A stretch of DNA of 64,000 bases from an uncultured Rhabdochlamydiaceae bacterium (GTDB lineage: Bacteria; Chlamydiota; Chlamydiia; Chlamydiales; Rhabdochlamydiaceae). Every line of letters starts with the position of its first letter. Positions within the stretch are counted from its first letter, which is position 1. Location: NCBI GenBank assembly GCA_963712275.1, contig CAVQHD010000001.1:128001-192000 (forward strand), written 5' to 3'. This document shows positions 1 to 11,418 of the stretch, in pieces. The translations under genes were made by a program, and so were the position numbers. Under the pieces are notes generated by a model. It saw only the letters and a program-made list of their open reading frames with translations. It searched no databases and was not told the DNA's origin.

Positions 1-1579
1 CCAGATATTCTGTGATCGGATTTGCCTGATCACCAATCCCATGTCGAAACGGACACATCCAATGGTCCGCACGCTTAACTTACTTTGTCACCCCGTCGTA
101 TAATCTTACGGCGGCGCAGGAATATTTAACCTGCTTCCCATCACCTACGCGTTTCCGCCTTGGCTTAGGGACCGGCTAACCCAGGGAAGACGAGCTTGAC
201 CCTGGAAACCTTAGGTTTTCGGCGAGATAGATTTTCACTATCTTTATCGTTTACTTATGCCATGCATTATCACTTGTATGCGCTCCAATGCTCCTAACGG
301 TACATCTTCATCGCACATACAACGCTCTCCTACCACGTACAATTGCTTGTACATCCGCGAATTCGGCTCTATGCTTCGAGTCCCGAATATTATAGGCGCA
401 AAGTCTCTCGATTGGTGAGCTGTTACGCACTCTTTAAATGATGGCTGCCTCTAAGCCAACATCCCAACTGTCTTTGAAACTTTACTTCCTTTCTCACTTA
501 GCATAGAATTTGGGGCCTTAATCGGCGGTCTGGGCTGTTCCCCTTTTGACTATGAAGCTTATCCCCCACAGTCTATCTCCTGGTTTTCTTTCTGGTATTC
601 GGAGTTTGATTTCCGTCGGTAGGGCTGTCGCCCCCCTAGTGAATTCAGTGCTCTACCCCCAAAAAGTCATAACCAAGGCTAACCCTAAAGTTATTTCGGA
701 GAGAACAAGATATCTCCAAGTTTGATTAGCCTTTCACCCCTATCCACAGCTCATCCAAGACTTTTTCAACAGGCACTAGTTCGGACCTCCACAGGGTGTT
801 ACCCCTGCTTCATCCTGGCCATGGATAGATCACTTGGTTTCGTGTCTGCATCAAATGACTTATTCGCGCTATTAACGCTTGCTTTCGCTTCGACTCCAGA
901 ACGTTTTTCAGTCCCTTAATCTTGCCATTTAACACAACTCGCTGGCTCATCATGCAAAAGGCACGCCGTCAGCCATTTCCTTAAAAAGGACATAGGCCTT
1001 CGACCGTTTGTAAGCTGTTGGTTTCAGGATCTATTTCACTCCCCTAGCCGGGGTTCTTTTCACCTTTCCCTCGCGGTACTGGTTCACTATCGGTCATCGA
1101 TGAGTATTTAGCCTTGGAGGGTGGTCCCCCCAGATTCAGACCAGATTTCCCGTGGCCGGTCTTACTCAGGAACCCATCGCGCTCTTTTCTCTTTTCGCTG
1201 ACGGGGCTATCACCCTGTCTCGCTAACCTTCCCAGGTTATTCAGCTAAGATCCAAGATACACATGTGACGGGCCCTACAACCCCATGAATACGAAATTCA
1301 TGGTTTGGGCTATTCCCACTTCGCTCGCCGCTACTATGGGAATCTCTTCTAGATTTCTTTTCCTCTGCCTACTGAGATGTGTCACTTCGGCAGGTGTCGC
1401 TTTGTTTTTCTATGAATTCAAAAAACAATGATGAAACATGACTTTCACCGGGTTTCCCCATTCGGACATTTCCGGATCAATGCTTCTTTCCAGCTCCCCG
1501 AAACTTATCGCAGGTTTGCGCGTCCTTCATCGCCTATCGATGCCAAGGCATCCACCAACAGCTCTTAGCAACTTGATCA
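1..1579 (-). rRNA. rrl: 23S rRNA, 5' portion (continues beyond window start)
   Basis: Reverse complement begins ...GATCAAGTTGCTAAGAGCTGTTGGTGGATGCCTTGGCA and contains many conserved 23S segments. The 5' end is approximate. Confidence 0.97.
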
Positions 1580-1743
1580 AAAAAAATGTAAGCTGCTATT
1601 CGCCGTAATTTATGTTATGAATAATCCTCAAGCGCTAATTTACATTAGTGAAAATTGCGCTCTGATTATATTTGAATACTTATAATTTATAACTTATCCG
1701 AATTGTCAAGATAACAATTAGTGTTTCCACACTTTATCTCTTA

Positions 1744-3501
<1,758 letters not shown>

Positions 3502-3648
3502 AACTTTAGCGACCTTACCGTCGCATTTTCACTCAAACTACTTTTGAGGAAGCCAACAACATACTAAATAGCCCGATTTTCCCGCAACGTCTTTTGTAAA
3601 ATATCGTAAATTTTCTCATTTTCCATAGAGAAAAAGTTAGATATATTG

Positions 3649-3821
3649 GAGGTAGCTCGCAAAACTCAGATTCGTCGATTTTCGGGATTATTTTGGCCGA
3701 TTTTCGATCCAAATTGCGGGGGTAATATCGACTTTCAGTATATTATCCCCGCAATTTGGATCGAAAATCGGTTCAAAAGAACCCGAAAATCGACTGAACC
3801 TTAAGTTTTGCGAGCTACCTC
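3649..3821. mobile_element. Palindromic MITE family A, copy A1
   Basis: 173-bp hairpin GAGGTAGCTCGCAAAACT...AGTTTTGCGAGCTACCTC with ATTG duplicated on both sides. Confidence 0.9.
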
Positions 3822-5076
3822 ATTGATTTAAAAGATAAGCCCCGATCCCTGCCAAGTAGCCTAATAAAACGGGAATTGAAACCTTCTTCATGTAGGAGAC
3901 AAAGTCGATTTTCTCCATTCCCATCAAAGCAACTCCTGAAGAGGATCCAATGATCAAAAGACTCCCTCCTGTGCCGGCAGCATAAGCGATCATCTGCCAG
4001 AGCGGATGATCAATGGGGAATTGATCCAACGGATACATCCCTATCGTAGCGGCGACTAAAGGAACATTGTCAATAATGGCAGAAAGAATCCCAATCAGGG
4101 TTGATAAAACAGCAAGATTTGGAATGTGGTCTCCTAACCATGTTGCAAATGCTTGGAGAAGCTGGGCTGATTCAAGAGCGCCGACACAAAGCAAGATCCC
4201 TAAAAAGAACAGAATCCCTGCAACATCGATCTTCGTCAGAATGTGAGGCACCCGAAGATGCTTTCTCTGCTCATAGGGAAAATGAAGCCCGTCTGTGACA
4301 AGCCATAAAAGAGCTAAGCTGATAAGCACACCCATGAATGGAGGAAGGCCAGTCCACGTCTTGAAAAACGGAACAAAGATCAGCCCTGCCACACCGAGTG
4401 CAAAGACAAGACGCGCCCCTGGCTCTTCTATCTCTAAAGACTCTCGCTTTGGCACACTGAGCCGCCCTTTCATTTTGATTGTAAAATAGACCAGAGGGAT
4501 CAGAAGAGAAACTAAACTAGGAGCAAAAAGGGCTTTTATCACAGCCCACGTAGAGAGCTGCCCTCCAATCCATAGCATGGTCGTAGTCACATCTCCAATA
4601 GGCGTCCAGGCGCCGCCTGCATTAGCCGCAACAACGACAAGGCAGCAAAACAGCAACCGCTCTTTTGCTTCGGGGATGATTTTCCGAAGAAGCGAAATCA
4701 TTAGAATCGTGGTCGTCAAGTTGTCTAAAACAGAAGATAAAAAAAAGGAGACAAAGGAGATCAACCAGATCATTTTTCTTTTGGATGTTGTCTGAATTGC
4801 ATCAGTCACAATTTTAAACCCTTTATGCGAATCAATCAGTTCAACAATTGTCATCGCTCCTAGTAAGAAAAAGACGATTTGCGCAATCCCTGCAATATGA
4901 TGATTTAAAAGAGAAATGTCCTCATAAAGCGTTGTGTGATCTGTCAAAAAAAAGACCGCCCAACAACTGACAGCCATCAAAAGAGCGACCGCTGATTTGC
5001 TCACTTTTAAGATGTGCTCAAAAATGATCGCCAAATAACCTGCACTAAAAATAGCTAGCAAAAGTACTGTTTGCAT
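3820..5076 (-). CDS. nhaD: Na+/H+ antiporter, NhaD family
   Basis: Multi-TM protein with LDNLTTT, ANAGGAWTPIGDVTTTMLW and DNVPLVAA motifs. Confidence 0.9.
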   Translation of the reverse strand: MQTVLLLAIFSAGYLAIIFEHILKVSKSAVALLMAVSCWAVFFLTDHTTLYEDISLLNHHIAGIAQIVFFLLGAMTIVELIDSHKGFKIVTDAIQTTSKRKMIWLISFVSFFLSSVLDNLTTTILMISLLRKIIPEAKERLLFCCLVVVAANAGGAWTPIGDVTTTMLWIGGQLSTWAVIKALFAPSLVSLLIPLVYFTIKMKGRLSVPKRESLEIEEPGARLVFALGVAGLIFVPFFKTWTGLPPFMGVLISLALLWLVTDGLHFPYEQRKHLRVPHILTKIDVAGILFFLGILLCVGALESAQLLQAFATWLGDHIPNLAVLSTLIGILSAIIDNVPLVAATIGMYPLDQFPIDHPLWQMIAYAAGTGGSLLIIGSSSGVALMGMEKIDFVSYMKKVSIPVLLGYLAGIGAYLLNQ

Positions 5077-5088
5077 AAGCCTCTTACA

Positions 5089-6048
5089 TTAAGAAATTCC
5101 TACATGCATAATGTCATGCATGCGGATTAAACCCACAACTTGATTTTCTTCCAAAACAGGGAGCATCATGACCCATCGGTGCGGGTCTTTTTGCATGAGT
5201 TTTAATGCTTCCCACGCCATCTCTTTTGGGTCTGTTGTAATGGCAGCCCGCGTCATTAACTCTCCCAAGGTTTTTGTCATCACCGTTGGCCCTAGAGATT
5301 GGAGCGAGCGTCGAAGATCTCCATCTGTAAAAATTCCTTGAAACATCCGCTTCTCATCGGTGATGATGACGCATCCCACTCTTTTCTCAGAAAACTCAGG
5401 CAGCACTTCCTGGATTGTTTTTGAAGGAAGGCAAAGAGGAAGTTTGTCAAGAGAAATCATGACATCACGCACCATGGTTGTCGCTTTTTTCCCGATCATT
5501 CCAGAAGGGTGATTCTCGGCATAAGAAGTAATTGAAAAACCTTTTTTTCTCATGAGCGCCATTGCAACCGCATCTCCAAAAAGGAGCTGAACTTCAGTTG
5601 AGATCGTGGGAGCCAGATCGAAGGGACATAATTCTTTTTGAACAGGAAGCAAAATGGAGAAGTCTGCTTGAAGCGCCAAGCGGCTTTGAAGATTGGAAAC
5701 CCAGGCGATAATTTTAGCGCCCCGTTTTTGAATATAAGGAACTAAATGGACCAGCTCTTGGGTCTCCCCGCTTTTGCTGAGCATGATGACACAATCATCT
5801 TGCGAGATCGCTCCAATATCTCCATGGAGAAAATTCATTGTTGGCAAATAAAGGGCTTTGGTTCCTGTCGAAATCAGGGTCATGACAATTTTTTCTGCCA
5901 CAATTCCGCTTTTTCCAACCCCCGTTAAAATGAGAAATCCCTTTGTCTCAGCACAAAGAGCAATAACGGCTTCCGCACGCGCTTGATCGATTTGCTGATA
6001 AAAATACATCAACTGTTTTTGCTGATCATTAAATAATTCTTTTATCAC
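5089..6048 (-). CDS. kdsD: Arabinose-5-phosphate isomerase (SIS + CBS, KpsF/GutQ family)
   Basis: TGVGKSG, HGDIG, SKSGET and GIFTDGDLRR motifs. Start trimmed to GTG at 6048 to avoid overlap with icd. Confidence 0.9.
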   Translation of the reverse strand: MIKELFNDQQKQLMYFYQQIDQARAEAVIALCAETKGFLILTGVGKSGIVAEKIVMTLISTGTKALYLPTMNFLHGDIGAISQDDCVIMLSKSGETQELVHLVPYIQKRGAKIIAWVSNLQSRLALQADFSILLPVQKELCPFDLAPTISTEVQLLFGDAVAMALMRKKGFSITSYAENHPSGMIGKKATTMVRDVMISLDKLPLCLPSKTIQEVLPEFSEKRVGCVIITDEKRMFQGIFTDGDLRRSLQSLGPTVMTKTLGELMTRAAITTDPKEMAWEALKLMQKDPHRWVMMLPVLEENQVVGLIRMHDIMHVGIS

Positions 6049-6109
6049 AACTACCTGGTCCAATGATAAAGCATTGGCTTTTTTGTATGAAGAAGATAAG
6101 GTAATTTTT

Positions 6110-7525
6110 ATGACAGAGCATTCTATTACAGTAGCTCGAGGGGATGGCATCGGGCCTGAAATCATGCAAGCCACCTTGTTTGTGCTCAAAGAGTCAGGAG
6201 CCCGTCTCAACATTCATGAAGTCGAAATTGGAGAAAAAGTTTACCTTCGGGGAATCCCCACGGGAATTGAGCCTAAAACATGGGAAACGATAAAACAGAC
6301 AGAAGCGTTTTTAAAAGCTCCCATTACGACCCCTCAGGGAGGAGGATTCAAAAGTTTAAATGTCACCGTTCGTACAACACTTGGGCTTTATGCCAATATC
6401 CGCCCTTGCATCTCTTACGCCCCTTTTATCGCGACAAAACACCCCAAAATGGATGTGGTCATCGTCCGGGAAAATGAAGAAGATCTCTATATGGGAATCG
6501 AATACCGTCAAACCCCCGATGTTCGGGTTTCCCATAAAATTATAAGTCGTCAAGGATGTGAAAAAATTATTCGGTATGCTTTTGAGTATGCCCGTCATCA
6601 TGGACGCAAAAAGGTGACCTGTTTTACAAAAGACAATATTATGAAGTTTTCAGATGGACTTTTTCACAAAGTCTATGATGAAATCGCCAAAGAATATCCA
6701 GATCTTACCTCCGAACACTGGATCATCGATATCGGCGCTGCAAAACTTGCCACAACTCCCGAACACTTTGATGTGCTTGTTCTTCCCAATCTCTATGGAG
6801 ACATTCTGTCGGATGTCGCAGCAGAAATCACAGGCTCTGTTGGCCTTGCCCCTTCGGCAAATATTGGGGACTTCGGAGCGATGTTTGAAGCCATTCACGG
6901 CTCTGCGCCCAAACGAGCGGGGCAAAATACGGTGAACCCTTCCGGCCTTCTTCTCGCCGCCGTTATGATGCTGGCTTACTTAGGAGAGGCAGAGACTGCC
7001 ACCCGCATTCATGAAGCGTGGCTTAAAACGATTGAAGACGGAATTCACACTTACGACATTTTCAATGAAAAAATCAGCCATCAGCGCGTTGGAACACAAG
7101 AATTTGCAAAAGCGGTTGCTAAAAACCTCGGCGGCAAACCAAAACATCTAAAGCCCCCTATTTACAAATCAGCCACTAAAATCACCCCCATTCTTTCCCC
7201 TCATGAAACAGTAACAAAACGGGAGCTTGTCGGCGTTGATGTTTTCATTTATTCAAAGGACAAAGCCCCTGCTTTCCAGCAAAAAATCACCCACCTTTCC
7301 ATCCCTTCTCTCAAGCTTCAAATGATTTCCAATCGTGGAGTCCGTCTCTGGCCGGATGGCCATCCTGAAACATTTTGCATTGAACAGTGGCGCTGCCGTT
7401 TTGCCTCAACAAAACCGATCCAGCCGCAACAAATCCCAGAGCTTTTAGAAGTCCTTCTCCAATCAGGCTATGATGTTATCAAAACAGAAAACCTCTATAC
7501 GTTTGATGGCGTACCCGGATATTGA
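6110..7525 (+). CDS. icd: NADP-dependent isocitrate dehydrogenase with C-terminal extension
   Basis: GDGIGPEI, KAPITTP, RENEEDLY, NLYGDILSD and FEAIHGSAP motifs. Confidence 0.95.
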   Translation: MTEHSITVARGDGIGPEIMQATLFVLKESGARLNIHEVEIGEKVYLRGIPTGIEPKTWETIKQTEAFLKAPITTPQGGGFKSLNVTVRTTLGLYANIRPCISYAPFIATKHPKMDVVIVRENEEDLYMGIEYRQTPDVRVSHKIISRQGCEKIIRYAFEYARHHGRKKVTCFTKDNIMKFSDGLFHKVYDEIAKEYPDLTSEHWIIDIGAAKLATTPEHFDVLVLPNLYGDILSDVAAEITGSVGLAPSANIGDFGAMFEAIHGSAPKRAGQNTVNPSGLLLAAVMMLAYLGEAETATRIHEAWLKTIEDGIHTYDIFNEKISHQRVGTQEFAKAVAKNLGGKPKHLKPPIYKSATKITPILSPHETVTKRELVGVDVFIYSKDKAPAFQQKITHLSIPSLKLQMISNRGVRLWPDGHPETFCIEQWRCRFASTKPIQPQQIPELLEVLLQSGYDVIKTENLYTFDGVPGY

Positions 7526-7579
7526 ATTAAATTCGAGGTTGGGTACACTGGTGATAATTAAATTTTAGGAGGCAAAAAA

Positions 7580-8065
7580 ATGGCTAGTTCTGCATCTGCT
7601 ACTGCAGCAACAGCTGCTTGTGTATTCTGCCTAAAGAATATTGATATTCTAGATACAACATCTAAATTGAATTGTGGTCACCAATCCCATCGAGATTGTT
7701 TACAACCACGGCTAGATTCAAATCATAACACCTGTCCCTTAGATGGCAGGAGGATTGTTTCGATAAATGGTGTAGCTTTAGAACAATCAAAAAAAGAAGA
7801 AGATGTTCATGAGGCTGAAGGTGAAAATCCTCTAAGCAGAGCTCAAGTTTTATATCTTCAACAAAAAGGTCGAGCTGCAATAGAGGAGCAAGCTTTATTA
7901 AATCCATTTCCAATCCCTTACAACGTAACGCTTGACAAAAACTCTTTAGCTAAACAAATACAAATCAGATGGAATCCACACCTACGACATCCTGAATTAG
8001 AAGTAGTGATAAAACCTGCGTGGGAGGTCTTCTGGGATGCTGCCACCAAGAAGTTCTTCTGGTAA
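7580..8065 (+). CDS. RING-finger domain protein, putative effector E3 ligase
   Basis: CxxC-x14-CxHxxHxxC-x11-CPLD pattern. AGGAGG RBS and a Ser/Ala/Thr-rich N-terminus. Confidence 0.75.
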   Translation: MASSASATAATAACVFCLKNIDILDTTSKLNCGHQSHRDCLQPRLDSNHNTCPLDGRRIVSINGVALEQSKKEEDVHEAEGENPLSRAQVLYLQQKGRAAIEEQALLNPFPIPYNVTLDKNSLAKQIQIRWNPHLRHPELEVVIKPAWEVFWDAATKKFFW

Positions 8066-8094
8066 GTATACGGAGCTCTTTTCCCGAAAGACAA

Positions 8095-9552
8095 TCATTC
8101 CCCAATAAATATATTTTTTTGCAAAATCTCAGACTCACCCAACCAATAACAGAAGATAGAAGCAGGGATCCTCATAACTTGTGTTTGGAGAGGAAGTCTC
8201 CCACTTATTAACTTACCAATATCTTGTGGAGATTTGGTTAAAATATAGCCGTATTTGATAGATTCTTTTTTGGAACAGAAATTTAGCAACCCTTGTACAT
8301 CTTCAGGCGCAACTAAAGAAGATTGATATTTAACCTCCATAGGTATCAACTCCTTGCCCAGACTAATAATTAGATCTAATTCCTTATTTTTTGGGTCTTT
8401 CCAATAGCTAAAATGGGCATGGCTGCTAGTACTATGAGCTGATATATGTGCGAAAACAGCTGTTTCTACGGAATGCCCCATCGCAGTAGAATCTTCTAAG
8501 ATTGTCTTTCCTCTCATGAGAATAGCAGGTGCAATTGCTGGATCGGCAAGATACAGTTTGTAACGCGCTCGTAGAACTTCTTTCCCGTAGCCATATGGAG
8601 GAAGCCTATAGAGAAGGTGTGTTGCTTCCAGAAGACTAATGAAATTTTGAATCGTTGGCTTGGGAACACCTAAATTATTACTGAGGGTTACCAAATCTTG
8701 AATACCTCCATCATGCATGCATAAGTAGATGAATGTTTGTTCTAATTCTAATACCCTACGCACCCCGAACAGAGCCGTCATATCTCGTTTCAACACCTTA
8801 TCGATGATATCTTCTCGAAGAAGCCGTTGAGCTTGAGGGATACTTTCAACAAGTGCTGTTTGCGGAAATCCTCCACGGACAAGATATTCATGAAAATGTC
8901 CGATTAAACCTTGAGATGCTTGTGTGATACGATTCAAATCAGACAAAGAATATTCAAACAGTTCTGGCAAGAAAGAGATTTGTGGCATGTTGGGAATAGG
9001 AATTTTCTTAATCTGTAAATACTCATAAAATGACAAGGTTGAAATTTGGAGGGTATGCCAACGCCCGACGCCAGACTCTTGCCCAGAATTAGCAAGCGGC
9101 ATTGCGGAGCCTGTAAAAACAATTCTACGATGCTTAAAAAAATCAATCTGGTGCTTTGCCCATGTTCCAAAATCACGGATAAATTGAGCTTCATCTAAGA
9201 AGAGATATTCGGGTCCTTCTGTTCTTGGTTCCCATTCCCTCCACGCTTCTAAGATTGCGTCAAGTCCTGCCAGTTTGCAGATCGGATGGTCAAAAGTTGC
9301 ATAGAGGATATTCGTGGGAGAAATACCTTGTTTAATAAGTTGGTCGATTGCTTGAAGTAAAAGAGTGGTTTTTCCTACCTGCCTAGGCCCTGAAAGCATA
9401 ACAGCTCTATGAGCTGGAGGTCGTACAATCCACTCTAACAGTTCATTAAAAATGGCCCGTTTCCATGTAGGAAGGTCTGAAATACTCTCTTTCCTCCACC
9501 ATGGATTAAACTGGGCTAACACGGTAAGAAGCTCATCCTTTGGTATCTTCAT
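8095..9552 (-). CDS. AAA+ ATPase (AAA_14 + DUF4143-like)
   Basis: GPRQVGKTT, LFLDEAQ, TGS, GGFP, KLYLADP and a C-terminal ELD...EVK nuclease-like motif. Confidence 0.88.
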   Translation of the reverse strand: MKIPKDELLTVLAQFNPWWRKESISDLPTWKRAIFNELLEWIVRPPAHRAVMLSGPRQVGKTTLLLQAIDQLIKQGISPTNILYATFDHPICKLAGLDAILEAWREWEPRTEGPEYLFLDEAQFIRDFGTWAKHQIDFFKHRRIVFTGSAMPLANSGQESGVGRWHTLQISTLSFYEYLQIKKIPIPNMPQISFLPELFEYSLSDLNRITQASQGLIGHFHEYLVRGGFPQTALVESIPQAQRLLREDIIDKVLKRDMTALFGVRRVLELEQTFIYLCMHDGGIQDLVTLSNNLGVPKPTIQNFISLLEATHLLYRLPPYGYGKEVLRARYKLYLADPAIAPAILMRGKTILEDSTAMGHSVETAVFAHISAHSTSSHAHFSYWKDPKNKELDLIISLGKELIPMEVKYQSSLVAPEDVQGLLNFCSKKESIKYGYILTKSPQDIGKLISGRLPLQTQVMRIPASIFCYWLGESEILQKNIFIGE

Positions 9553-9963
9553 AGCCTAAATATGCTTATTTATCGCATTTAAGTAAAGTATACTTATCTT
9601 ATTTTTCATTTTTAAGGTACTTTTTATGTTTTTCCATGCCTATCTATCTATTCCTACAGCTTATCGAAGAAAACAGGAGACTAAGCCGGTGGGCTTTAAA
9701 ATTATTGGCTATGAGGAGGTTGTAGCTACAAACACTCATGTTGGGTAAAAAATCTGATAACCAAAAAAGCTAGCATCAAGAAAACCAAGACAAGTTTGCA
9801 GTACAAAACTTTTTAAGGTCAATAAAGGCAGAGCAATGAAAAGGGGAAGGGTACATGTAAAAAGGCCTATACTGACAAGGAGAAAAAGAATTAAAAATTA
9901 AAGCATGACGGTTTACTATATGTTGCTAGATTAAAATAAATGGCTAGTTAAAACAAAGGAGTT

Positions 9964-10581
9964 TCACAATGACAGCATCTTCTCTTTTGCACCTAGAGAG
10001 CAGATATAATCGACAAGGGGTTGAAAATTACCCTGATCTGCTTCCCTTAACACGCCTAGATACATTGTACGATGTAGGCAGCCGTCTTTATTCATCTCTT
10101 GTGGCCATGAAGAAAGTGTACATTGATTCGACAAGAGAAAGAGATTAGAGACAAATCGACTAAAACGACCATTTCCATTGGAAAAGGGATGTATAAATGC
10201 AAGGCGATGATGAATACGGGCTGCTCTCTCTAGCAATGTCATATCTTTGGAGTGAAAAGTCCAATATTTGACATCTTGAATTAATTCATAGATTAACATG
10301 GGAATTTTGTAAGGATCCACTCCAACAGGCAGAACATCTTTTGTCCGATATTTTCCAGCCCATTCCCATACCTCACCAAACATGGCTCTATGCAATTCTT
10401 TTAAAAAAGACTCTTTGAACCAGGAGATATCCTTAAATTTTCTCGGCCTGAAATACATTTGTTCTGCTTTATAAATATTGTCAAATTCGAGAGCGTCTAA
10501 TTGTGACTGGGTCGTAATAGGCGCTTTAAGCCCGCTTAAGTCATCAATTGGAGTCGCGCCTGGAGGAATGATCAACTTCAT
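9964..10581 (-). CDS. Fic-domain protein (mobile mystery protein B-like)
   Basis: PPGATP N-terminus, MFGEVWEWAGKYR and the Fic motif HPFSNGNGRFSR. ATGA overlap with the upstream gene. Confidence 0.88.
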   Translation of the reverse strand: MKLIIPPGATPIDDLSGLKAPITTQSQLDALEFDNIYKAEQMYFRPRKFKDISWFKESFLKELHRAMFGEVWEWAGKYRTKDVLPVGVDPYKIPMLIYELIQDVKYWTFHSKDMTLLERAARIHHRLAFIHPFSNGNGRFSRFVSNLFLLSNQCTLSSWPQEMNKDGCLHRTMYLGVLREADQGNFQPLVDYICSLGAKEKMLSL

Positions 10582-11045
10582 ACGTCCCAAATCTCTGTTG
10601 TACCCGAATGAATCAGATCATCTGCAACTTCTTCGATTTTTTTCTCAAGATACTTAGAAAGCGGAAGCTGTTCTTCTAATGCCATGCTCCCCATCAGCGA
10701 ACCGAGTTTTTTTTTCGCAGCTAATTTGGCCTGTTTTTTGACAACTGATTCCAGATCATGATGGGTTAATGGAAGTATCATAACCTCGCAAAAAAGGGCT
10801 GCAAAGATCTTTTCCAAACTCTCCATCGTAATTTTGGCCTTACCTGATTCTATTTGAGAAAGCTGAGGCTGAGTCATTTTAGCTCTTTTTGCTAACTGTT
10901 TCTGGCTCATGCGCAATCTTTTTCTCATATCTCGAATCCATCGATAAAAAGGAATCTCTCTAATTTTGCTTCTCAAAAGTTGAATCTCCCTAAGGGATTC
11001 ATCGATTCTTAGCCGTTCTGAAAGGAGTGTTTTTCGCAAGGCCAT
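10578..11045 (-). CDS. XRE HTH protein (mobile mystery protein A-like)
   Basis: WIRDMRKRLRMSQKQLA HTH and SMALEEQ motif. Coupled to the Fic gene. Confidence 0.85.
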   Translation of the reverse strand: MALRKTLLSERLRIDESLREIQLLRSKIREIPFYRWIRDMRKRLRMSQKQLAKRAKMTQPQLSQIESGKAKITMESLEKIFAALFCEVMILPLTHHDLESVVKKQAKLAAKKKLGSLMGSMALEEQLPLSKYLEKKIEEVADDLIHSGTTEIWDV

Positions 11046-11199
11046 ATTCAAATATCCATATATCTTTTTATCTTATTTATACATTAATACATATATTTAT
11101 TCGATAAAATTATTTGCAAAAATAGATATTCTATGCGCATCTCATTAAGATAGAGAAAGTTCAAAATAGCTTTCCTGGAATTTCATAGTGAAAAAGACT

Positions 11200-11243
11200 T
11201 GGCCAGAACTGGAATCGAACCAGCGACACAAGGATTTTCAGTC
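11200..11243 (-). repeat. att site: 44-bp duplicate of the tRNA-Phe 3' half
   Basis: Identical to 17300-17343 (TGGCCAGAACTGGAATCGAACCAGCGACACAAGGATTTTCAGTC). Confidence 0.95.
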
Positions 11244-11418
11244 TTGAAAAGTCCTATCTGGCAATTACTCTGGATGATCTAAAATCACCTTACATTGCAC
11301 GGTCATACAGGGAAATAGGGTTATTTTCCAGAAAAGTTTGTCAAACAAGAGTAATCGATTTCAAGCGCGGGAAATTGGTTACTCCGGACAGAGCTAGGGT
11401 ATTTTCATTACTTTAAGC

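Noticed and set aside
6049..6213. Long kdsD/icd head-to-head overlap in the ORF track
   Set aside because: It is an artefact of upstream start calls. The likely starts are 6048 and 6110.
9553..9963. AT-rich gap as a possible sRNA or gene
   Set aside because: I found no convincing ORF or structure.
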